From an uncultured Porphyromonadaceae bacterium (GTDB taxonomy: Bacteria > Bacteroidota > Bacteroidia > Bacteroidales > Muribaculaceae): a stretch of DNA of 64,000 nt. The translations under genes were made by a program, and so were the position numbers. The notes beneath the pieces were generated by a model. It searched no databases and was not told the origin of the DNA. It saw only the letters and a program-made list of their open reading frames with translations. The stretch spans positions 132 to 64,131 of the forward strand of contig UQER01000009.1 of the NCBI GenBank assembly GCA_900540205.1, in the 5' to 3' direction. Shown piece by piece: positions 28,287 to 37,155 of the stretch (positions are counted from its first letter, which is position 1; every line of letters starts with the position of its first letter).

Positions 28287-28778
28287 TTAGAGCGATAACT
28301 TCGTGACAAACTTACCGATACGGACAATATAGACGCCATGCCCGACAATGTTACGGCGCAGTGAGAATGCCCCGTCGGCCGATGCTTCCGAAAAGACTCT
28401 GTTACCGGAGATGTTGTAAATTTCCACGGCAGCATTGTCAGCGATGCCGGTGAAAACAACGGCTTCTGCACCGATTTTTACACAAATGGCATCTCCGGGA
28501 TTTGCATCGGTTTTGGTGATACCGGAATATTTGTCCTTTTCGCCGTAATCACAGGATTGCACATCGTCAAACGATATTGATACAGGCTCTGCTGTCGGGT
28601 CGGCCTTTACTTCGACGGTTATCGAGCGGTCATCATTAAAGGTCAGTTCCGGTTCATCTTCGAGGAGCAGTGTAATTACCCCATGCGAAGCAGTGTGGAT
28701 ATGCAACGCCGTTATGGCTGCGAAAGATGCCGACGCGCATATCATGAATGTGATAATGAAAAACAATAACTTTTTCAT
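28287..28778 (-). CDS. Small secreted protein made of the shared N-terminal module plus a T9SS C-terminal sorting domain (islet gene 1)
   Basis: 163 aa. Signal MKKLLFFIITFMICASASFA. The CTD-like tail is VEIYNISGNRVFSEASADGAFSLRRNIVGHGVYIVRIGKFVTKLSL. N-terminal repeats are ITLLLEDEPELTFNDD and ITVEVKADPTAEPVSISFDD. Confidence 0.6.
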   Translation of the reverse strand: MKKLLFFIITFMICASASFAAITALHIHTASHGVITLLLEDEPELTFNDDRSITVEVKADPTAEPVSISFDDVQSCDYGEKDKYSGITKTDANPGDAICVKIGAEAVVFTGIADNAAVEIYNISGNRVFSEASADGAFSLRRNIVGHGVYIVRIGKFVTKLSL

Positions 28779-28955
28779 AGAAGAAATATATGATTGTGAA
28801 TATTATGAGAGTTACCCGGATAATGGCCTGATTGTACGCGCTTAGGTATTTGAATGGTTTTCACGGTAATACATAAAGAGCACCTTGCAAAGGTATAAAC
28901 AAAGTTTCATTTTACCCCCCCTATTAGTTAAAGATTGTTAACAAGGTGTGCTTCT

Positions 28956-28993
28956 CCAGTTTAACATACTGTCACCAGTTTAACATACTGTCA
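28956..28993. repeat. Tandem 19-bp direct repeat ccagtttaacatactgtca x2 at the right edge of the islet
   Basis: Two perfect copies (28956-28974 and 28975-28993), each partly palindromic (CAGT...ACTG). They lie immediately left of the right direct repeat and upstream of islet gene 1. Confidence 0.6.
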
Positions 28994-28999
28994 GATGTG

Positions 29000-29095
29000 T
29001 TTTCACGGCATGCTGCAAGTCTATGGCCTCATCGCCTATGCGCTCCTCATCGCCTACCTCTGGTGGTCCTCCCTCCGCGCCAAATAATCCCCTCA
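29000..29095. repeat. Right copy of the ~96-bp direct repeat (duplicated OPT 3' end); candidate attR
   Basis: See the left copy. The duplicated fragment is not preceded by an ORF in its reading frame, so it is a displaced gene end. Confidence 0.7.
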
Positions 29096-29157
29096 TTCTT
29101 TTCTCTTAGTATATTTCCCACCGCCATCAGGCGGCATAGTTCATAAAACCATAAAAA

Positions 29158-29198
29158 ACACAGGGCTGATTCTTGCAAACGAAGAATCAGCCCTGTGT
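29158..29198. terminator. Hairpin acacagggctgattctt / aagaatcagccctgtgt (right copy), overlapping the 3' end of the Y1 transposase-like gene
   Basis: Same stem as 24038-24080 with a different loop (gcaaacg). Confidence 0.55.
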
Positions 29199-30140
29199 TT
29201 GTGTTTCCTGGCAGATGCGTTCTGCAAGTGAATTCATGGCGAGGCAGCTTTGGCGGGATAATGGTGTGGGGAGGTCGGCGGAGATGATGAGCATGCGGCC
29301 GGTCTCACATAGGTTGAAGTCTGAGCCGGAGGGTTTGTAACGGGCATCCATCTGTTCGTTTGTTATCACGATGAAACGGGAGCCGAGGGCTTCCGCTTCT
29401 GTGCGGATGGCTTTCTCTGCGGGGGAGATAAATGGCGAGACAAGCACGCCGCCATTGGCAGCCGTATACAGCCACTGGGACTTCAACCGGTGGTTTTCCT
29501 CATCCGAGTAGTGCCGATGCACCAGCACTTGTTGTTTGAAGGGATACTCCAACAGTTGGAAATTGCCATAGGCATGATAGCTCTTGCCTCCGATTTCGAG
29601 CGCGTTGACGCGTCTGAAATGTTCCGGGTATCGTTGCCTTACGGCCAGCCGACGAGGGTTGTCGCGGATATATTGGTATAAAGTTGCCAACTGGCCTTCG
29701 TGCATTAATATCCTGTCATGAAATCCCGGTTCAAATACAACCAGATCCGGCGATTGGTATTCTTCCCGTACTTTACGGGTAACGGTTGCCTTGATTGCCT
29801 GAACGATTTCTCCGAGTGTCCGTCTCATAGGGCGGGTTACAAACAGCAAGAGGTGGAAATGATCAGGCATAAGCCCGAATTCAAGTATCCGTATTTCAGG
29901 ATTATGCGATGGGGTGTCCCTGATTGCGTCAATTATTATTTTGCCGGCGGCAGATGAGTCGATATATGCCTGGGTTAAATCTTCGGGGATGATGAGGCGG
30001 CCGAATGTGGGCGCTGCGGCATGCTTGTTGGCAGTCACCATGTAGATGCACCTGGCATGGTAGTCATGCCATGGTGCCCTGCGCCGCCCGTTAGGGATGG
30101 TGGCTTTCCAGTAGGGAGGCTTTGGAGAGGGAGTGGCCAT
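29187..30140 (-). CDS. IS200/IS605-like HUH Y1 transposase-family protein with a ~150-aa C-terminal extension (RAYT-like)
   Basis: 317 aa. LEFGLMPDHFHLLLFV is the HuH motif. VFEPGFHDRILMHEGQLATLYQYIRDNP matches the Y1 helix (catalytic Tyr in YIxNNP-like context). No partner tnpB is present. Confidence 0.65.
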   Translation of the reverse strand: MATPSPKPPYWKATIPNGRRRAPWHDYHARCIYMVTANKHAAAPTFGRLIIPEDLTQAYIDSSAAGKIIIDAIRDTPSHNPEIRILEFGLMPDHFHLLLFVTRPMRRTLGEIVQAIKATVTRKVREEYQSPDLVVFEPGFHDRILMHEGQLATLYQYIRDNPRRLAVRQRYPEHFRRVNALEIGGKSYHAYGNFQLLEYPFKQQVLVHRHYSDEENHRLKSQWLYTAANGGVLVSPFISPAEKAIRTEAEALGSRFIVITNEQMDARYKPSGSDFNLCETGRMLIISADLPTPLSRQSCLAMNSLAERICQETQTQG

Positions 30141-30147
30141 TTTTGCG

Positions 30148-30218
30148 TGGGGTTAGTTTGGGGGTGTTTGGTTGGTTTGGTTTGGGGCAGTTTGGCTGGT
30201 TGGGTTTGGCTGGTTAGG
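30148..30218. repeat. Degenerate GGTTTGG / TTGGNT microsatellite-like tract (CCAAACC on the Y1-gene coding strand) in the leader of the Y1 gene
   Basis: The sequence is tggggttagtttgggggtgtttggttggtttggtttggggcagtttggctggttgggtttggctggttaggtt. It has several G4-G5 runs. Confidence 0.6.
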
Positions 30219-30242
30219 TTAATGGCCGAGCTCGGCCATTAA
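30219..30242. repeat. Perfect 24-bp palindrome ttaatggccgagctcggccattaa overlapping the stop of the kinase gene
   Basis: The reverse complement is identical. It encodes ...MAELGH* on both strands. It is a likely bidirectional terminator stem. Confidence 0.7.
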
Positions 30243-31079
30243 CTGGACTGGGCGGGTGAGGGCGGCCAAAGGGGAGGGGAGGAAGAGGCCGGGGGTGAGG
30301 GCGCGGGAGGCGAGGGCGGCGGTGAGCTGGGGGCGGAAGGCCATGGCTACCGAGCCGACGAAGTTGACGGGGTGGCCTTCGGGGTAGATCAATAGGTTAC
30401 GCTCTACGAACAGGGAGGCTCCTCGTTCAATGATGCCCGCTATGTGGGGATGGCTGATGTGTTCGCTTGCAAACGGCGCGAGAGAGGCCAGAAAGCGGTT
30501 GGGAGCGGTATCAATGGAGGGGTCGGGACGATATACGCGGCGGATTATTTCGTCGGCATCGAGGCGGAACCGCTCTGTGAATTTCTCAGCCAGTGCGGCC
30601 GGGAGAAGCCCTTTGATGAAATCGGCGGCTATCTGCTTCCCTATCCATGCTCCGGAGAATTCATCGCCAAGGATGTAGCCTCCGGGCGAGGCGTTCAGAA
30701 TGATAGCGTTCCCATCGTAGAAGCATGAGTTGGCGCCTGTGCCGAGAATAGCCACTATTCCGGGGTTGTTGCCGAGAACGGCGCGGCAGGCACCGAGCAT
30801 GTCGCTTTCCACGATAATCCTTTCAGCGCCCGTGACTGCCTGCAAGGCTTCGCGCATGGCGGCAAGGGGCTGCGCGCCCCGGCATCCGGCTCCGTAGAAT
30901 TCCACTTCGGTCACTTCGGCATGTGGCGGCAATTGGAACTCAGCACGCAGTCTGCGCAGCAGTTCATCGGCTGTCATCACCGACGGGTTCAGTCCGCCGG
31001 TTGTGAATGTGTGTATCCGGTCGCCGTCAATCAGCGCCCAACTCACTTTGGTGCTCCCACCGTCGGCTATCAGTTTCAT
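30219..31079 (-). CDS. BadF/BadG/BcrA/BcrD-type ASKHA sugar kinase (MurNAc/GlcNAc kinase MurK-like)
   Basis: The start is taken at MKLIADGGSTKVSWALI, the typical BadF-type N-terminus. GTGANSCFYDG is the second ATPase motif. It is about 287 aa and co-oriented with namZ and ampG. Confidence 0.6.
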   Translation of the reverse strand: MKLIADGGSTKVSWALIDGDRIHTFTTGGLNPSVMTADELLRRLRAEFQLPPHAEVTEVEFYGAGCRGAQPLAAMREALQAVTGAERIIVESDMLGACRAVLGNNPGIVAILGTGANSCFYDGNAIILNASPGGYILGDEFSGAWIGKQIAADFIKGLLPAALAEKFTERFRLDADEIIRRVYRPDPSIDTAPNRFLASLAPFASEHISHPHIAGIIERGASLFVERNLLIYPEGHPVNFVGSVAMAFRPQLTAALASRALTPGLFLPSPLAALTRPVQLMAELGH

Positions 31080-32335
31080 TTGTAAAGATGGTATTTCTGT
31101 TTTGTGTTCTTGAACTCCTCCACTCCGTTGTGCCATATGGGGAGAATGTCGGCCACCTTGTGGCGTTTGAAGAATGCCGGGCGCAGGGTGGCATTGCCTG
31201 TCACCTTGTCGAACATCCCGAAGCGTGCGGCGGATGCGGCAGCCGACGCTTTGTGAGCCGGATAAAGCCGTGCCAGCTCCTGCATTGCGTAGAATTGAAT
31301 GAGCGTCAGTTCCGCACGGTCGAAGTCAGTGACCACCACTTCCACACCTCCAAGATCAGAGCCTTTGGCGAACCCATAATAGGGCCGGTAGTTGATAGGG
31401 CGGAACCGCACGCCAGGCAGATTCAGGGCATTGAGCGCTTCGGCCAGTTTGTGGCTGTTGATCCAAGGCGCTGCGAATGTGCGGAACGGCAGGGTGTAGC
31501 CCACGCCGATGGAGATATAATCCAGTTCGCCGGCGATACCGGTGGCAGGATAATAGATGGCGGTTTCGGCCGAGGGGATATGAGGTGACGGCAGTACCCA
31601 CGGCAGTCCGGTTGACGGATAGAGCATACTGCGGTTCCATCCCTCCATCGGCACTACTGTGAGATGCAGCTTGTCGGCATTCTTTATCATCCTCTCGCCT
31701 TTGAGCATCTGGGCAAGTTCTCCCGGTGTGAGCCCGTAGAGGTAGGGGATGGAGAACTGTCCTACAAACGAGCGCATGTCGGGCTGCACGGGTGCGCCCT
31801 CCACCTTGTTGCCTCCGAGTGGGTTCGGACGGTCGAGCACCATGAACTCTTTCCCGAGTGCCGCACACTGTTCCATGGCAAGCCCCATGGTGGAGATGAA
31901 CGTGTAGGAGCGGCAGCCGTTGTCCTGAATGTCATAGACAAGCACATCCACATCCTTGAGCATGGCGGCTGTGGGTTTGCGTGTGGCTCCGTAGAGCGAA
32001 TAAACCTTTATTCCCGTCAGGGCGTCGGTGGTGGGTGCCACTTTCTGTCCGGCAGGGATGTCGCCACGCACACCGTGCTCCGGGGCGAAAAGCGCCACCA
32101 GCTCCACTTCAGGCGCCTCGTTGAGGATGTCGATGGTGGAGCGCAGGTTGCTGTCCACTCCGGTAGGATTCGTTATGAGGCCCACGCGTTTGCCGCGCAG
32201 AGCCTCGAAACCGCTGTCGCGCAGCGTCTCGATGCCTGTGCGTACCTGAGCAGCGGAGTTTAGGGTGCCCGCTGATACAAGCAGCAGTGCGGTCAGAAGG
32301 ATAAGGCGGAAGGAGTAAGGGGCAGTGTGTTTCAT
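31076..32335 (-). CDS. namZ: DUF1343 exo-beta-N-acetylmuramidase (NamZ-like)
   Basis: 419 aa with a signal peptide. GKRVGLITNPTGVDSN and ALFAPEHGVRGD resemble YbbC/NamZ motifs. Confidence 0.7.
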   Translation of the reverse strand: MKHTAPYSFRLILLTALLLVSAGTLNSAAQVRTGIETLRDSGFEALRGKRVGLITNPTGVDSNLRSTIDILNEAPEVELVALFAPEHGVRGDIPAGQKVAPTTDALTGIKVYSLYGATRKPTAAMLKDVDVLVYDIQDNGCRSYTFISTMGLAMEQCAALGKEFMVLDRPNPLGGNKVEGAPVQPDMRSFVGQFSIPYLYGLTPGELAQMLKGERMIKNADKLHLTVVPMEGWNRSMLYPSTGLPWVLPSPHIPSAETAIYYPATGIAGELDYISIGVGYTLPFRTFAAPWINSHKLAEALNALNLPGVRFRPINYRPYYGFAKGSDLGGVEVVVTDFDRAELTLIQFYAMQELARLYPAHKASAAASAARFGMFDKVTGNATLRPAFFKRHKVADILPIWHNGVEEFKNTKQKYHLYK

Positions 32336-33624
32336 TTGTTGTCAGGAAGTTTTTTGCCGAACTCGCGGTCGACATGAATCAGGTAACATACTCCGATTGT
32401 GGCAATGCAGCACACCATTGTCCACACGAAGAAGGTGCGGTAGCTGAATGTGTCGGCAATCCATCCGGCGGCCATTCCCGGGAGCATCATTCCGAGAGCC
32501 ATGAAGCCTGTGCAGATGGAGTAGTGGGCTGTTTTGAACCGGCCGTTAGAGAAGTAGATGAGATAAAGCATATAGGCGGTGAAGCCGAAGCCATAGCCGA
32601 ACTGCTCGACAAACACGCACACATACACCTCCCAGATGGCCGACGGCTGTATGTAGGCCAGATAGACGAACGTCAGGCATGTGAGCGACATGCTCCAGGC
32701 CATGGGGTGAAGCCAGTGCCGCAGGCCGTTGCGTGCTGCCACAAGGCCGCCGACAATGCCTCCGAGCATTAGCCCGATCACGCCTACGGTGCCGTAAACG
32801 ATGCCCACCTGGTCGGCCGACAGACCCAGGCCTCCGTTCTCCACGGGGTCGAGCATGAACGGTGTGATCATCTTCACGAGCTGTGCCTCGGGCAAGCGGT
32901 AGAGGAGCATGAAAAGGATTGCGATGCCTGCTTCGGGTTTGCGGAAGAAGCTGACGAAAGTCTCCACAAACTCACGCAACGTGTCGGAGGCCGACCGAGG
33001 AGAGCGCATGGCATCCGCTTCCGGACGTGGAAGCGATAAACTGTGATACGATGCCACAAGGGCGAAAAATGCGGCAAGGATGCCGAACACCACAATCCAT
33101 CCCGCCTTGGGTTGCGCCCATGCCTCGCTCACGTTGGCCGCCACAACCACCAGCACCCCCTGGCCGATGATCATTGATATGCGGTAGAACAGCGAGCGGA
33201 TGCCCACGAATAGGCTTTGCTGATGCTGTGTGAGTGCGAGCATGTAGAACCCGTCGGCGGCGATGTCGTGGGTTGACGAGGCGAACGCCATGAGCCAGAA
33301 CAGGGCCAGGGTGGCCTGAAAAAATCCGGAGGCGGGGAGAGCGAACGCCACGGCAGCCATGGCCACGGCTATGGCCCACTGCATGGTCAGCACCCACCAG
33401 CGCTTTGTGCGGATGATGTCGACAAACGGGCTCCAGAACGGCTTGATTACCCACGGCAGGTAGAGCCATGCGGTGTAGAAGGCAAGCTCGGTGTTGCCGA
33501 TGCCGAGACATTTGTACATCACCGTGCTGATGGTCATAACGGCCATGTAGGGGAGCCCTTCGGCGAAATAGAGGGTCGGCACCCACCACCAGGGGCGCCG
33601 CGATGAGGTCATATCGTTTTTCAT
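32332..33624 (-). CDS. ampG: AmpG-family MFS muropeptide permease
   Basis: 430 aa with 12-14 TM segments. YFAEGLPY and LPWVIKPFWSPFVD are AmpG-like N-terminal motifs. Confidence 0.6.
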   Translation of the reverse strand: MKNDMTSSRRPWWWVPTLYFAEGLPYMAVMTISTVMYKCLGIGNTELAFYTAWLYLPWVIKPFWSPFVDIIRTKRWWVLTMQWAIAVAMAAVAFALPASGFFQATLALFWLMAFASSTHDIAADGFYMLALTQHQQSLFVGIRSLFYRISMIIGQGVLVVVAANVSEAWAQPKAGWIVVFGILAAFFALVASYHSLSLPRPEADAMRSPRSASDTLREFVETFVSFFRKPEAGIAILFMLLYRLPEAQLVKMITPFMLDPVENGGLGLSADQVGIVYGTVGVIGLMLGGIVGGLVAARNGLRHWLHPMAWSMSLTCLTFVYLAYIQPSAIWEVYVCVFVEQFGYGFGFTAYMLYLIYFSNGRFKTAHYSICTGFMALGMMLPGMAAGWIADTFSYRTFFVWTMVCCIATIGVCYLIHVDREFGKKLPDNK

Positions 33625-34865
33625 TCGTAGATTTTTGTCAGTATGGATTTAGGGAAATAGTGTTGCAGGATTTCACGGGCGCTGTAACCCTTTGCGCCCA
33701 TCACGGCCGCGCCTATCTGGCACAGCCCCACGCCATGGCCCCAGCCGCGTCCGCGGAGGATGAAACGGCCGTCCGCATCGCGTGTAACTTCAAAGTTCGA
33801 GCTGCGCAGGTGCGATTCCGACAGCCATCGCCTTATTTCAAGTTCCTTGCCCACAACCATGGTGCGCCGGCTCCCCCTGACGAGCAGTCTGACTATGCGT
33901 CCCGACTCGCCGCTGGTGAGTGGCCGGAGTTCCTCGATGTCGCCGAAATCCACCCCCGACCGCCGTGCTATGAGCCCGGAAAGCTCTGCGGGTGTGTATG
34001 CTGCCTCCCATCGGTAAAAATCGGGGGCTTCGCGGTCGTAGCCGTTGAGCACCTGGTCAAGAATCTCGGTGTCGGTGGTGTCGCAGAACGGATCGTCAAC
34101 AGCTTCAAGATATGGATGCGAAGCATCTTCCCAGCAATTGCCGAATGTCTCGCTTCTGCCTCCGCAGCATTTTGAAAAACGGGCGTCGCATATCTCGTCG
34201 CCGTAAGTGAGCACCATTCCGCGTGTGGCATCCACGGCTGCCTCCACAGCCGGCGATGTCTGGCGTGTAAGCCCTTGGTAACGTTGGCAATGGTCGTCGG
34301 CACACACATCGAAAAGCGTGTGGTCCTCACGGTCGTGCCAGCAGCACAGTTCATCGACGGTCTGCCCGTCAACCTCTGTGGAGAAGGTCCGCCTTGTAAG
34401 ACCGCAGGGATGTTTGCCCACATCGTGCAGCTGCCTGAGCAGCCAGCTGCGCGACACTACCGCATGCGCACGCAGCAACGCTTCCGAGGCGTTGGCACTC
34501 ATTTCGGAGGATATCACGCTTTTGAGGTAGGATTCCAGGCCGATGACGTTGATGGCTATGAGTTTCCCCTGGTCGGCTATGATGCGTAGCTGTCCGCTGA
34601 AAAGCTGGTCCTCGTTGCGTTGCCAGTGGAATCCGATGCCGATGGGAACATCGATAAGTTCGAACGGAGCTTCAGGGGCAAACCGGAGCACCGGGCTGCA
34701 CTCGCCGTCGCATTCTACACCGTTGCCGGTGCTGTCCGGGCGTGCGGTTTTCACGGGTTCGCCGGGCAGGCGGAACTTTATTTCAGGAGCTGTGACGATG
34801 CCGACGCTTATGGTCGGCTCACTGTTTGGAAATGTCATGGAGGGTGTCAGGTTTGGGGATAACAC
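33621..34865 (-). CDS. SpoIID/LytB-domain protein (peptidoglycan lytic or amidase-enhancer family)
   Basis: 414 aa. It ends in the characteristic GRGWGHGVGLCQIGAAVMGAKGYSAREILQHYF. It overlaps neighbouring genes by 4-19 bp, consistent with operon coupling. Confidence 0.75.
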   Translation of the reverse strand: MLSPNLTPSMTFPNSEPTISVGIVTAPEIKFRLPGEPVKTARPDSTGNGVECDGECSPVLRFAPEAPFELIDVPIGIGFHWQRNEDQLFSGQLRIIADQGKLIAINVIGLESYLKSVISSEMSANASEALLRAHAVVSRSWLLRQLHDVGKHPCGLTRRTFSTEVDGQTVDELCCWHDREDHTLFDVCADDHCQRYQGLTRQTSPAVEAAVDATRGMVLTYGDEICDARFSKCCGGRSETFGNCWEDASHPYLEAVDDPFCDTTDTEILDQVLNGYDREAPDFYRWEAAYTPAELSGLIARRSGVDFGDIEELRPLTSGESGRIVRLLVRGSRRTMVVGKELEIRRWLSESHLRSSNFEVTRDADGRFILRGRGWGHGVGLCQIGAAVMGAKGYSAREILQHYFPKSILTKIYE

Positions 34866-35755
34866 GTCTGGTCAATCAGCGCTTCGAGATGGGCAGGGGT
34901 GAATTTGTGGTGGAAATCATCTGGTGACGGGAGGATAATAACGCCGCCGAGGTCGACAGAGGCCGGTGACACAAGAATCTCGTCCTCGCCCGTGCCGTAG
35001 AAATCCGGACGGTGCGCTTTGCGTGGAATCACGACAACACGGATTCCCGTCGGCTCGCCGTTTTCCCCCTGGCATGCGGTGCAGAGCACATTGAGGGGAG
35101 TTTCCTCATGCGGAGGTTCTGCCGCAGGCACTGGAAGCTGTCCGATGAGTGTGCGGAACCATCCGGTGGCTTCGGCAATGTCGGTGAATGTGTCGGTGAA
35201 CACCCTGAAAGGGAGTGGTTCGCCGTTTTCGATGTATTGAATCAACGGCAGCCTATGGCGCTCCACCGCCTGAAAGTGCATGTGGTCGGGGGCGGAAGCT
35301 CCGCAGCGGGGCCCGTTGTAGAACAATGCCAGGCCGGGCAGTTTGAGTGCAAGCGCCGCCATGTGTGCGAATGGGGCGCAGTTGTCGGCGGTGATTAGCT
35401 GGGGCGTATGGGCAGCCGCAGGGATGGTGAAGTGTACCGGAAAAATCGGGAACGGATTGACCAGAAGCAGATAACCGTTACCGATGTTCAGCTCCATCTG
35501 TTCGGGCGGCCGGTTCGCTTTGCATAGGAAGCAGGCTCGCTTTTTGATTGAGCCGCTGTCAATTTTCGCTCCGGTGGATGCTATGCGTGCCGGATTGAAC
35601 TGCAGGGTGAATGTGGTGTGGTGGAGTTGCATCTCACGCGTCTCCACGTTTTCCAGTGCTTTGAAATTTGTGGCAGCCAGCGGCCATGCTTCAAGCTGGC
35701 GTTGCAGGAGCACCATCGCCTCGGGAGTGGAAATGTTGAATTCTTCCATGGTCAT
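34847..35755 (-). CDS. DUF4922-like protein with an HxHxQ (GalT/VTC2-type HIT-like) motif; putative sugar-phosphate nucleotidyltransferase or phosphorylase
   Basis: 302 aa. PDHMHFQAV fits the H-x-H-x-Q active site of GalT-branch HIT enzymes. There is no signal peptide. Confidence 0.5.
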   Translation of the reverse strand: MTMEEFNISTPEAMVLLQRQLEAWPLAATNFKALENVETREMQLHHTTFTLQFNPARIASTGAKIDSGSIKKRACFLCKANRPPEQMELNIGNGYLLLVNPFPIFPVHFTIPAAAHTPQLITADNCAPFAHMAALALKLPGLALFYNGPRCGASAPDHMHFQAVERHRLPLIQYIENGEPLPFRVFTDTFTDIAEATGWFRTLIGQLPVPAAEPPHEETPLNVLCTACQGENGEPTGIRVVVIPRKAHRPDFYGTGEDEILVSPASVDLGGVIILPSPDDFHHKFTPAHLEALIDQTCYPQT

Positions 35756-35763
35756 CTTCCGGC

Positions 35764-37140
35764 TCAGTGCGAGGATGTTGAGGATGATTCGCAGTTCAGG
35801 CGGATGCGGGCTTCAAGCTCGATGGTGCGCAGCCAGTCCTTGTAGGTGTTGTTGGCGTTCACCTTTTCAACCGAGAGGTCGGCATCCGAATTCCCTTCCC
35901 AACGGCGGCACAGATACAGCGAATCGTAGATGCGCCCGATGCGCCATGTGCGGCTGATGTTCAGGCCGATTCCGTAATCCTCGCCATAACTTACATTGTG
36001 CATCCCGATTTGGCGGAACACGGGGGTATAGAATGCCCTCGGGGCGCCGAGACCGTTGATGCGCAGGGCGTTGTTGGCTCCGTTCGCGTCGGTCCATTCC
36101 TTGTGGTCAATCAGTCCCGGGGGGATGGGATTTCCGTTGAAGTCCACGAGTTCATAGCTCCCTATCACCATTGCGCAACGTTCGCGGCGGAAGGTGTCGA
36201 CGATGCGCTGGAGCACGTCGGCCGATTTGTAGAGGTCGTCGCTGTCGAGTTGCACGGCGAAGCGGCCGCAGCAGCTATGGTTCACGGCAAGATTCCAGCA
36301 CCCGCCGATGCCGAGGGTAGTGGATTCAGGTATTACGTGAATTACGCGCGGGTCGGATGCTGCCAGTTCTGAAAGGATATCTGTGGTTCCGTCGGTGCTG
36401 TGATTGTCAACTACGATTACGTTTAAGCTGAACTCAGGCGTCTGGGCCAGGGCGGAGCGCACGGCATCGGCGATGGTGCGGGCACGGTTGCGTACAGGGA
36501 TGATTACGGATGCCTCAACCGGAAAGTCCTGCTCGTCAGGGTTGATTGTGGTACGTGAAGCCGGTAGACGGGCACCTATGCGTTCAAGAATCAGCGTAAA
36601 AGCGCGCTCGAATTCTAACTGCACCTCGCGGTTGCGCGGGTCTACGTAGTCAAACTGCTTCTCGCCGCTTTTGCGGGCATCGGTCTGCCCAACGGTGTAG
36701 AGCGGTTCGGGGATGCGGACTATTGCGCCGGCGTTCCCGCGTGCCATGGCGAACCAGAGCCAGCAGGCATACCATGCCGAGAATTTCAGCTCAGACAGTT
36801 CCGGGGCGTTCAGGAACGCAAGCAGACGCGGTGCGTCCACAGCAACCACGGCACCGAAGTCGAAATCGTTGCGCGACGAGCCCCGCTGCATATTGATTGT
36901 TGGGTGAGCAGCAACGCGGCCGTCGGCAAGGCGTTCGCGGTAGTCGCTGTAAACAATGGCCGCGCCGGAGTCGAGCAGCATGCGCAGCATGCGCTTCTGC
37001 CCGTCGGGGTCGAATTCAAGCGGTTTCGGGGTGCCGTCGTGGAAATGCAGGAGCACATGTTTTTCCGATTTCGGCAGAGCGGCGAGTGAACCGGAAAGCT
37101 GGCGGGTGGTGCAGAGGCGCGGTAATTCTATGGTTTGCAT
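35764..37140 (-). CDS. Glycosyltransferase family 2 with a ~200-aa N-terminal domain of unknown function
   Basis: 458 aa. [18 protein letters not shown]...[12 protein letters not shown] and LDSDD are GT2 (GT-A, DxD) motifs. Confidence 0.75.
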   Translation of the reverse strand: MQTIELPRLCTTRQLSGSLAALPKSEKHVLLHFHDGTPKPLEFDPDGQKRMLRMLLDSGAAIVYSDYRERLADGRVAAHPTINMQRGSSRNDFDFGAVVAVDAPRLLAFLNAPELSELKFSAWYACWLWFAMARGNAGAIVRIPEPLYTVGQTDARKSGEKQFDYVDPRNREVQLEFERAFTLILERIGARLPASRTTINPDEQDFPVEASVIIPVRNRARTIADAVRSALAQTPEFSLNVIVVDNHSTDGTTDILSELAASDPRVIHVIPESTTLGIGGCWNLAVNHSCCGRFAVQLDSDDLYKSADVLQRIVDTFRRERCAMVIGSYELVDFNGNPIPPGLIDHKEWTDANGANNALRINGLGAPRAFYTPVFRQIGMHNVSYGEDYGIGLNISRTWRIGRIYDSLYLCRRWEGNSDADLSVEKVNANNTYKDWLRTIELEARIRLNCESSSTSSH

Positions 37141-37155
37141 GGTGTCAGTATGTCG

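Larger units (their letters stand above)
23956..28996. mobile_element. ~5 kb compositionally distinct islet inserted at the OPT 3' end, bounded by the direct repeats. It carries three secreted-protein genes and no recombinase.
   Basis: Flanking direct repeats at 23860-23955 and 29000-29095. GC is visibly lower (roughly 40-50 % by eye) than the ~60 % flanks. The OPT reading frame is intact on the left copy. Confidence 0.55.
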
